This document shows positions 1 to 7,047 of a stretch of 16,575 nucleotides of DNA, one piece after another. The DNA is from Oligoflexales bacterium. Its GTDB lineage: Bacteria > Bdellovibrionota_B > Oligoflexia > Oligoflexales > RGVZ01. Every line of letters starts with the position of its first letter. Positions within the stretch are counted from its first letter, which is position 1. The translations under genes were made by a program, and so were the position numbers. The notes below the pieces were generated by a model. It saw nothing but the letters and a program-made list of their open reading frames with translations, ran no database searches and was not told the origin of the DNA. Location: positions 1 through 16,575 of the forward strand of contig JBIIGV010000064.1 of assembly GCA_044236265.1 (NCBI GenBank), given 5' to 3'.

Positions 1-1
1 A

Positions 2-1339
2 GTCCGCCAAAACGAATGGATCAAAGATGGTGATAACAAAGCTTCGTCCGAAGCATCCAACGGATTTGATGGCGCCGACGCTAGTCTGCTCACTTATATT
101 GCCAGTCACGGCGTCACTAGTAGCGGCGTCTACAAAGCACTCGCAGGTTCAAAAAATGCTGGTGGCTGCTACATTCCAACCACAAGTTTAGAGCTTGGCA
201 ATAATACGAGCCGTTATACCATCCTTTCCACATGCCAAGGCTTAAAAATTGGAACGGGCGACTACCCCGAGTCGAGCGGAGAAAACCCAACGAGAACCTG
301 GAAAAACGCTGCAAAAGGACTTAATTGTATTTTCGGCTATTCAAACAATATGGCTGACGCTGACCAGTACGGCGAATACCTCCTTGCCAACCTGAAAGAT
401 GGCAGTACATCCCTGTCTAAGGCATTCATGGACGCCTCCGAATCGGTTTCTGCTGATAATATCCCTGCCGTCCTCTGTTATGGGTCAAGCGAGCAAGATG
501 CAGCTGACTACATCGAGGAAAATAAGACTTTTGAGTCACAATCACGTCCTAACGCAGCATCAGCCTGGGTCTATCGAAAAGTATATGCAGCGAGCAAAGG
601 CCCTTCTTTAAAGTCCTCAATCCCGGCGGCTTTAAAGCTGGTTCCCGTCAAATTAAACATCGAAAAATTTGCTAAGTCATTGGTTGGGGGCGGCGCAACC
701 AAGTCAGTTTCTGGCAGGATCACCACCTTCTCATCAAATACAGGCGTTGCAACTTACAATGAAAAAACGGGAACGTTAACGGTGAAAAACTTTCTCGCAG
801 CAGATGCCAGAGGCGACGCCGTCCCATCATTAGAGGAATCGCAACAAATCGCCGAGCACGCTTTAAAGCTAACGGGTCTCAGCAAGGTCGATCGTTCCTT
901 GCAATTGGCTTCGTTCGCTGAAGAGCGCATCGGAGGGGTGCAGGGCGCGGGTAAAATCACATCCCGTAAATTTACGTTCAAGCAAAACCTCGCGGGAGGA
1001 CAGTCGCTATCGCAGCAAGGTAGCGTCGACGTAACCGTTGGATCTGGTGGCGCCATCACAGAAATCAAAACGGCCCTCGTAAAAATCGACCCAGCGTTTA
1101 CGCCCTCGAGCCGCCCCACAAACCTCGCGTCTCGAGAGGTTGAATTAGAAACAAGTGCGCTTGATCAGGTTGCCATGCGCGCCCCTGGCGCAAGCTACAA
1201 GGTCATCAAGAAAAGAATTGGCTACGATGCTGGTAACTTCATGAAACGCAATCAGATCGCTCCAGCAGTGATTGAGTTTACTGTTGAAGCGTACAAAGGT
1301 GACTTTAAGCGCAACTTTGTCCAAAAAATTGCCCTTTAA
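2..1339 (+). CDS. 5'-truncated protein with a caspase-fold (clan CD, DUF6345-like) peptidase domain and a C-terminal propeptide-like (FTP/YcdB-like) alpha/beta domain
   Basis: The frame of ORF 350..1339 stays open back to position 2 (VRQNEWIKDG...DGADASLLTYIASHG...RYTILSTCQ...TWKNAAKGLNCIFGYSNNMAD), so the ATG at 350 is internal. His-Gly at 107-112 and Cys at 233-235 each follow a hydrophobic strand, as in the clan CD dyad. The family name comes from motif recall, not a search. Confidence 0.65.
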   Translation, partial: VRQNEWIKDGDNKASSEASNGFDGADASLLTYIASHGVTSSGVYKALAGSKNAGGCYIPTTSLELGNNTSRYTILSTCQGLKIGTGDYPESSGENPTRTWKNAAKGLNCIFGYSNNMADADQYGEYLLANLKDGSTSLSKAFMDASESVSADNIPAVLCYGSSEQDAADYIEENKTFESQSRPNAASAWVYRKVYAASKGPSLKSSIPAALKLVPVKLNIEKFAKSLVGGGATKSVSGRITTFSSNTGVATYNEKTGTLTVKNFLAADARGDAVPSLEESQQIAEHALKLTGLSKVDRSLQLASFAEERIGGVQGAGKITSRKFTFKQNLAGGQSLSQQGSVDVTVGSGGAITEIKTALVKIDPAFTPSSRPTNLASREVELETSALDQVAMRAPGASYKVIKKRIGYDAGNFMKRNQIAPAVIEFTVEAYKGDFKRNFVQKIAL

Positions 1340-1360
1340 AAACCAAGTCATTAATCAAAT

Positions 1361-1395
1361 TCTCTGGAGGATCTGCCGACTCCAGAGATTTTTTT
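1361..1395 (+). terminator. Rho-independent terminator downstream of the first gene
   Basis: Perfect 9-bp stem TCTCTGGAG (1361-1369)/CTCCAGAGA (1380-1388) with a 10-nt loop, followed by T7 (1389-1395), starting 22 nt after the stop at 1339. Confidence 0.85.
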
Positions 1396-1456
1396 ATCCC
1401 CGTTCTGGCGATTGAAAACATCCAAGATGATTACTCTTTCCTCTGGCAGCAAAACA

Positions 1457-1476
1457 TGCCATACTTTTATATGGTA
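1457..1476. promoter_or_regulatory. Putative LexA operator (SOS box) upstream of lexA: TGCCATAC-TTTT-ATATGGTA
   Basis: Imperfect palindrome (extends to 1455-1478) ending 32 nt before the lexA ATG. It is 17/20 identical to the palindrome upstream of imuA. A -10-like TATAGT (1483-1488) and RBS GGGAGA (1495-1500) lie just downstream. Confidence 0.8.
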
Positions 1477-1508
1477 TGCCGTTATAGTCCATTTGGGAGA
1501 CCGATCAC

Positions 1509-2168
1509 ATGGATAAGCTAACACCAACCCAGATGAAAGCCCTGACATTCATACGTTCTGCGATGGAGTCAACGGGCAGCGCCCCAACACTGCGTGAAAT
1601 CTGTCAGTTCATGGGATACTCCGCAGTAGGTAGTGCGCAGGACCTGATCTCAGCACTGCGACGGAAGGGCTTTTTGGAGGAACCCTCCAAACAGGCTGCC
1701 CGCGCCATTGTCCCAACTGTTGCGGGCCGGGACATCACTCCAGCGCAAGACAGCGAAGACGATGATCCGTTTACCCTCATACTTCCATGCCTTGGCGCCG
1801 TTCCAGCCGGTAACCCCATCGAAGCCATTGAAGACCGTATTGGAACGCTTCGCATGTCAACTAGCATGCTACCCAAACCCACACCCCCGCGTGCGGCTTT
1901 ATTTGCGCTTCGCGCAAAGGGTGAAAGCATGATCGGAGCCGGAATTATGGATGGAGACTGGCTTGTTGTCGCCAGTCAGCAGACCGCACCAACTAACTCA
2001 ATTGTCGTGGCTCGCCTGGAAGGCGAAGCGACCGTCAAGCGCCTTATGAAAGATCGCCAACGTGGCTGGTTTTTAAAACCAGAAAACCCAGAATTCAAAC
2101 CTGTTTTTGCTGAAGATCGCTCATTTGAAGTTATTGGACGAGTTGTAGCACTGCAAAGAAGCTTTTGA
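1509..2168 (+). CDS. lexA: SOS transcriptional repressor LexA (winged HTH plus S24 autopeptidase)
   Basis: N-terminal LTPTQ...PTLREI...LRRKG wHTH, Ala-Gly cleavage site in VPAGNP, catalytic Ser in GESM-IGAGIMDGD, catalytic Lys in EATVKR, C-terminal PENPEF...IGRVV. Confidence 0.96.
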   Translation: MDKLTPTQMKALTFIRSAMESTGSAPTLREICQFMGYSAVGSAQDLISALRRKGFLEEPSKQAARAIVPTVAGRDITPAQDSEDDDPFTLILPCLGAVPAGNPIEAIEDRIGTLRMSTSMLPKPTPPRAALFALRAKGESMIGAGIMDGDWLVVASQQTAPTNSIVVARLEGEATVKRLMKDRQRGWFLKPENPEFKPVFAEDRSFEVIGRVVALQRSF

Positions 2169-2189
2169 TTTTTTATCTTTGGTGAAAAT

Positions 2190-3524
2190 CTACACTGCTA
2201 CTTTGAGTGCAACTTTTGGATGATAAAGACCCGACTGTTGACTCAATGATTTGAGCGAGTGTTTGGGACTGCGGACTTCGCAAACAAGTTGCCTGACCTT
2301 TGTAAGCCCTAGGCCCTTCAACTCAGCAAATCTTAAATCGGACAGTGAAAACTCGCGCTGAAGAAGTTCTGCCGTTTTTTCGCTAACCAGTATCTCACCA
2401 GGATCAGCATTTGTCTGAACTCGACTGGCAACGTTGACAGCATCGCCCCACATATCAAAGCTAATCCGCTTTCCGGTTATAACACCAGCAATAACTGGCC
2501 CAGAGTGAATACCGATCCTGATATTCAAGTCTGTTCCGAATTTTTGATTAAATTTCGCAACCTGTTTGATCAAAGCTAAAGAGAATCTCGCAATTCTCTG
2601 CGCGTGATCTGGCGCACTCTGTGGGCATCCGCTGGCAGCCATATACGCATCACCAATAGTCTTTATTTTTTCAACACCGTAGTGATCAGCAAGTCGATCA
2701 AACTGGTTGAACAACTCGTGTAGCATAGCCACCAGCTGCTTGGGCGGCAGGCCTGATGAGATCTTGGTGTAGTTAACAATATCAGCAAACATAATTGTCA
2801 CGTTTTTGTAATCACGTGCCATGTTGGACCCGGTAGCCTTCAATTCACGGGCAACTTGAGCTGGGAAAACGCGAGCAATCAGTTTGTCTGCGACTCTCTT
2901 TTTTCTCTCGATGTCCTTCTCAAGCTTAAACTGTGTCCGGGCAATCATGCCTTGATCAAGAGAAATAAAAACACCTAGACCATTTGCCAAGCTTAATTGG
3001 GTTATGATCTGCCAATTTGGTAACTCCGCAAATGCCGGTATTTTTGCGCGCAAGTAGAGAAAAAACAAAGACGAAACAAGACCCGTCAATATCGCGTAGA
3101 CCGGACTTAGTTTTTCCAAAGCATAACTGGCAATGATCACCAAAACGGGAACGACTTGCGTCTGCAGAATCATACCTTTGTTAGGAAGGTAAGGTGCGTA
3201 GAGCGCCATGAATATATATAGAATAAAGACCGGGAAAACCGGAGTCATGTAGTTCGCGAACAGACGCCAACGGTTTCGCGCATCCAACAATATATAATTA
3301 AAAACAATCCAGCCCTGAAACAAACCAAAATAAAGCCCCACGTTGGGCGACTGGATGGTTTTGTAGCGAGTGATAAGGTAGAACATCCAAGTGCAAAGGG
3401 AGACGAGGATCAATGCCAGTTTAAATCGAGGACTATATAAATCCATTTGGCGATACTGGAATTCCATTTCCTGATTTGATTTGAGTACACCCAAACCAGT
3501 GGAGAAATATGGTAGTCCAGCCAT
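2190..3524 (-). CDS. Membrane-bound class III adenylate/guanylate cyclase (adenylate-type signature)
   Basis: Several hydrophobic TM segments in the N-terminal half. Catalytic motifs MFADIVNYT, EKIKTIGDAYMA (Lys, ATP-selective), RIGIHSGPV, FDMWGDAVNVASR. RBS GAGGAG 7 nt upstream of the ATG. Confidence 0.93.
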   Translation of the reverse strand: MAGLPYFSTGLGVLKSNQEMEFQYRQMDLYSPRFKLALILVSLCTWMFYLITRYKTIQSPNVGLYFGLFQGWIVFNYILLDARNRWRLFANYMTPVFPVFILYIFMALYAPYLPNKGMILQTQVVPVLVIIASYALEKLSPVYAILTGLVSSLFFLYLRAKIPAFAELPNWQIITQLSLANGLGVFISLDQGMIARTQFKLEKDIERKKRVADKLIARVFPAQVARELKATGSNMARDYKNVTIMFADIVNYTKISSGLPPKQLVAMLHELFNQFDRLADHYGVEKIKTIGDAYMAASGCPQSAPDHAQRIARFSLALIKQVAKFNQKFGTDLNIRIGIHSGPVIAGVITGKRISFDMWGDAVNVASRVQTNADPGEILVSEKTAELLQREFSLSDLRFAELKGLGLTKVRQLVCEVRSPKHSLKSLSQQSGLYHPKVALKVAV

Positions 3525-3775
3525 GAAGAAGCTCCTCGATGATAAATAACCACATGAAAATCATTCAAAGCTTGTGTCCGGTGCAAGAAGGATCGGCAGC
3601 TCACTCAGCGCAATCAAGAAATGCTAAATTTATCAATGGGATCAGATGTTTGCCGAAGTAATTACCCAGGATGCTTTGGACTCAAGACTCTCATAATCTC
3701 AAGTTGATGCCCTAAGTTGCCCCGTGAATGCGCCGGCATGACTCGGAGGCACGCTCAAAACGCCATTAAACCACT

Positions 3776-3796
3776 GAAAATAATGCTGTTATTTTC
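3776..3796. promoter_or_regulatory. Inverted repeat GAAAATAA-N5-TTATTTTC in a divergent intergenic region, possible transcription-factor site
   Basis: Perfect 8-bp arms with a 5-nt spacer, ending 64 nt upstream of the 3861 ATG. AT-rich, so chance is possible. Confidence 0.35.
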
Positions 3797-3860
3797 TCTT
3801 TACAGGCCCCCTTGGCTTGAGTAGGTTGCGCCCAGCATCACCGCCATAAAGGACCAACTT

Positions 3861-5012
3861 ATGATTAAGAGCCTCAAATCACTTGCTTTGCTTGCAATGA
3901 TCGTTTCCCTCGCAGCTTGCAGCCGAGGCGAGATTGCACGCACGTCGACAAAAACCGTCGACATTCCGCAAACGCCAGTAAAGAGTCAGGGACATGTTGG
4001 TTTTTGTTGGTCTTACGCAACAATCGGACTGATTGAAAGCATCATACTTCGCAAAACAGGAATCCAGATGGACTTAAGCGAAGAGAGCTTGGGATTTTAC
4101 CGCATGGCTGAAGAGCTACATGCATTATCTCAGAAGGTTGAGGCCGCAGAGGTTGCTGATGCTGACCTCGTCAAGAAAAAGGTTTTTGAAGATCTCGAAG
4201 GTTGGGATGTAACTTTCAATCCACTATACAATCCTGGTCTTTCAGTAAGAAATGCACTTCAGCTTGTGCGAGACTTCGGAGTTGTGCCCGAAAGTTCGTG
4301 GTCCTACAAGTTTAGGGACGGCGATCAGGAAACTGCCTTGCTACAACATATCTATGCTGGCTTTGCAAAGCTCATGAACACACATGGCCGCTCAAAAGTA
4401 ACTTGGGAGATGATCGTGGATCTTCTCGCGGAAAAAGAGGCTTTTGGCAGCAAACCACCTTCAACGTTCGACTATCTGACGCCAAGCGGTGAGAAAAAAA
4501 CATACGACGCCAAAGAATTCATCGCAGATGTCGCCGGATTTACAGTTGACGATTACACCTACATGATTCCGGATGCCACCATAGGCTACGATCAGATTGT
4601 GAAAGCTATCAAACTGACGCTCGAACGTGGCCTAGCAATTCCATTGAGCTACATGATTTATGAAGAAACCTTTAATGAATGGGACGCGTCCTATTCAGTG
4701 CAAGATCCAAATCGAGAGTTTAAACAAGACGGTGGGCACGTTGTGTTAGTAACCGACTTCGTGAATGTAGGCGGTCGTCCTGGAAGTGTGCCTCGCGATG
4801 AAATGCTGGCTGAAATGGCCAAGCCATCCTCGGCTTTGGATTATCTCATCGTAAAAAATTCGTGGGACTCACACCTTGCAAGTCCACTCCTTAGACAGCC
4901 TGGATATCACACGATGTATCAGAGCTACTTGCAACTTTTGGTAAAAAAGCCCGTTGATATAACCATTGTTGTCCCAAGAGACATCGCGTTTCAGGTGAGA
5001 TACGGCCGCTAA
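3861..5012 (+). CDS. Papain-like (peptidase C1) cysteine protease, predicted lipoprotein
   Basis: Signal peptide with lipobox LAAC. QGHVGFCWSY (oxyanion Gln and catalytic Cys), GGHVVLV (His), KNSW (Asn). Confidence 0.88.
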   Translation: MIKSLKSLALLAMIVSLAACSRGEIARTSTKTVDIPQTPVKSQGHVGFCWSYATIGLIESIILRKTGIQMDLSEESLGFYRMAEELHALSQKVEAAEVADADLVKKKVFEDLEGWDVTFNPLYNPGLSVRNALQLVRDFGVVPESSWSYKFRDGDQETALLQHIYAGFAKLMNTHGRSKVTWEMIVDLLAEKEAFGSKPPSTFDYLTPSGEKKTYDAKEFIADVAGFTVDDYTYMIPDATIGYDQIVKAIKLTLERGLAIPLSYMIYEETFNEWDASYSVQDPNREFKQDGGHVVLVTDFVNVGGRPGSVPRDEMLAEMAKPSSALDYLIVKNSWDSHLASPLLRQPGYHTMYQSYLQLLVKKPVDITIVVPRDIAFQVRYGR

Positions 5013-5084
5013 GGGTTCCAGTCGCCTCGGTAATGATGTAAAATTAATCAATACGATAGATTAACCCTAGACGATGGACGTCCG

Positions 5085-6134
5085 ATGGCACGACCTCCTT
5101 TGCGAGTTCTGGTCATATACGACTTGCCCGAACCTGTTTCGGAGCATGATGATCCTCGCTACCTGATTGATCATGACGATCGTCCAACAGAACGCGACGT
5201 CGTTCGCGCCATCAAGCGACTCGGGTTTGAACTGCACATCCACGGCGTGTTTAATGACATGCCAGGCCTTATCAGCAAGATCCTGTCTCTAAAGCCTGAT
5301 GTTATTTTTAATCTCTGCGAAACCTACCGCGGAAGCAGGTCTTACGAAGGCGATATTGCATCTCTGCTTGAGCTTTCCGGAGTTCCCTACACCGGATCAC
5401 GTCCCGCAGCGCTTCATCTTTGCAAAGACAAAGGAACGACCAAAAAAATTGCCGGCTGGGATAATATTCGAGTCCCGGCATTTAAGATGTTTTCGCGAGA
5501 CGACTTCAAATTCGAACCGTTCGTTGCGAACTTCCCTTTAATCGTAAAACCTCTGGACCGAGAAGCCAGCGAAGGCATTTCCAAGGCCAGCATCGTACAT
5601 GATTGGACGGACTGTGAAGATCGAGCCGCTTGGGTCGCCCACAAACTAAAGTCAGACGTGATCGTTGAGGAATTTATTCACGGCAGAGAAGTATATATTG
5701 GCGTGATTAATCGCAACGGCATCGTTGAAACTCTTCCGCCGCGCGAGCTTTTCTTTGATAACCTCGAAAAAGATGAGCCGATGATCGCGACCTACAAAGC
5801 AAAATGGGACGACAATTACCGGGCGCGCTGGGGAATTTCGACAAGTCGTGCAGCCAGTCTCTCCAAAACCCAACTTGAGATGCTATCGTCCCAAAGCCTT
5901 AAAATTTTCAAAAGTCTTGGTCTGCGCGGCTATGCTCGCATTGATTGGCGACTGACAACAGAAGGACTTCCAGTATTTCTTGAAGCTAATCCCAACCCTG
6001 CATTGTCCCATGACGATGACTTTGCAAAAGCGGCAAAATCAAGCGGCATACAGTATCAAGAGCTCATCTCTGACATCATCGCCGCATCTCTTGCTGAACA
6101 GCAATTAACGAGTAGCTCAAAACAGGCTGGTTAG
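5085..6134 (+). CDS. D-alanine--D-alanine ligase-like ATP-grasp protein (non-canonical Ddl paralogue)
   Basis: DVIFNLCE, LLELSGVPYTGS, CKDK, FPLIVKP..EASEGI, VEEFIHGRE, TYKAKW, RGYARIDWR, FLEANPNP. Lacks the N-terminal GGxSxE motif of housekeeping Ddl. Confidence 0.88.
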   Translation: MARPPLRVLVIYDLPEPVSEHDDPRYLIDHDDRPTERDVVRAIKRLGFELHIHGVFNDMPGLISKILSLKPDVIFNLCETYRGSRSYEGDIASLLELSGVPYTGSRPAALHLCKDKGTTKKIAGWDNIRVPAFKMFSRDDFKFEPFVANFPLIVKPLDREASEGISKASIVHDWTDCEDRAAWVAHKLKSDVIVEEFIHGREVYIGVINRNGIVETLPPRELFFDNLEKDEPMIATYKAKWDDNYRARWGISTSRAASLSKTQLEMLSSQSLKIFKSLGLRGYARIDWRLTTEGLPVFLEANPNPALSHDDDFAKAAKSSGIQYQELISDIIAASLAEQQLTSSSKQAG

Positions 6135-6141
6135 ATCTCTC

Positions 6142-6909
6142 TCAATGAACGTTGAGACTCTTCAAACGTCCAACATAGTATGAGGCGAGTGTTCGTCGCA
6201 TGCGTCGTGCATCAAAAATTCTTTGCTTTGATACACGCTTTGGGGTTTCCAGGCCGACGTCACGCATAAGCCTGTCGACAAATTCTAATTTTTTAAGTGC
6301 CACTGGAAATTTACTGTAGGTTTTTTTCCAGTGCGAATGTGGGTCAAGCCAGACGGCAAACGTTTCAGCAAAATCTTCGTCGGGATGAGTCTGAGCGTAT
6401 CCCCCGGGAAGATTTGTGACGTAATCTGGGTGCGACGAAAGTGTCGGAACAGAGTCGGGATCATATTTCCGCTTCGGATTTCCAAAAACTGCGCGCCAGT
6501 CGTCTCGCTTTGAAAGTCGGTAAGCGTGATCAACACAGTGTCCTGCTTCATGACGCATGAGACGCATAAACTCCGCGCGACTGCTACCTTCGACAAAACC
6601 AATGAGCTTTTGTTCAATCTGTTTTAAGCGCGAATCAGCAAGCCAAAAGGGGATCGCGATTGCAGTTGTACCACTCGGGCAAAACCATTCATCGCCCAAG
6701 TATGTATCAATTTTCAAATGAACGAGATGCTTGCGACGAAGTTCTGCGTGAAGTTGTGTGATCAAGTGATCAAATTTCGCAGCACTCATCTGAGGAGTAA
6801 GCTCTGAAACCGATCGCGACAAAAGAGAACGCGCTCCTTTGGGAACACGTTTATAAATATTTGCGACTACTGCTTTTTTTTTAACCATATCAAGTGCCAT
6901 ACAAGTCAT
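6142..6909 (-). CDS. Putative zinc-binding metallopeptidase (zincin, HEXXH)
   Basis: RHEAGH zinc motif and a downstream YAQTHPDEDFAETFAVWL motif. Start re-assigned from 7026 to the ATG at 6909 because GAGGTG lies 6 nt upstream and the longer start would run across the imuA promoter/operator. Confidence 0.82.
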   Translation of the reverse strand: MTCMALDMVKKKAVVANIYKRVPKGARSLLSRSVSELTPQMSAAKFDHLITQLHAELRRKHLVHLKIDTYLGDEWFCPSGTTAIAIPFWLADSRLKQIEQKLIGFVEGSSRAEFMRLMRHEAGHCVDHAYRLSKRDDWRAVFGNPKRKYDPDSVPTLSSHPDYVTNLPGGYAQTHPDEDFAETFAVWLDPHSHWKKTYSKFPVALKKLEFVDRLMRDVGLETPKRVSKQRIFDARRMRRTLASYYVGRLKSLNVH

Positions 6910-6992
6910 CGCTATCACCTCAAATGGGGCGATGCAACAATCGATGTAACACTTGCAGAGTGGGGGTTTTAAAGAATTGTGTGGCGTGAGGC

Positions 6993-7022
6993 TTGACAGA
7001 GATCGCCGAAACGTAATACCAT
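6993..7022 (+). promoter_or_regulatory. Putative sigma70 promoter of the imuA-imuB-dnaE2-smr operon
   Basis: Perfect -35 TTGACA (6993-6998), 18-nt spacer, -10-like TACCAT (7017-7022) coinciding with the left arm of the palindrome. Confidence 0.6.
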
Positions 7023-7036
7023 ACATTTGTATGGTA
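7017..7036. promoter_or_regulatory. Putative LexA operator upstream of imuA: TACCATAC-ATTT-GTATGGTA
   Basis: Perfect 8-bp inverted arms with a 4-nt spacer, overlapping the predicted -10 and abutting RBS GGAG (7038-7041). A second copy lies upstream of lexA. Confidence 0.85.
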
Positions 7037-7047
7037 CGGAGTCTTTT

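Noticed and set aside
3588..3620. GCCGAT on the minus strand as a sigma28 -10 element for the cyclase gene
   Set aside because: No TAAA-like -35 at the expected spacing.
3812..3829. TGGC...TTGC resembling a sigma54 promoter
   Set aside because: The GG-to-GC spacing is 12 nt rather than the required 10.
6883..6902. Two operator-like half-sites (AACCATAT, TGCCATAC) in direct orientation
   Set aside because: Not palindromic, and explained by Met codons on the minus strand of the zincin gene.
2169..7016. Mobile element or genomic island between lexA and imuA
   Set aside because: No integrase, transposase, terminal repeats or target duplication is visible. The two palindromes are better explained as operators than as att sites.
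6910..7047. ORF-track 5' extensions of the zincin (to 7026) and imuA (from 7027)
   Set aside because: They would leave no intergenic space and overlap the promoter and operator. Better RBS-supported ATGs exist at 6909 and 7048.
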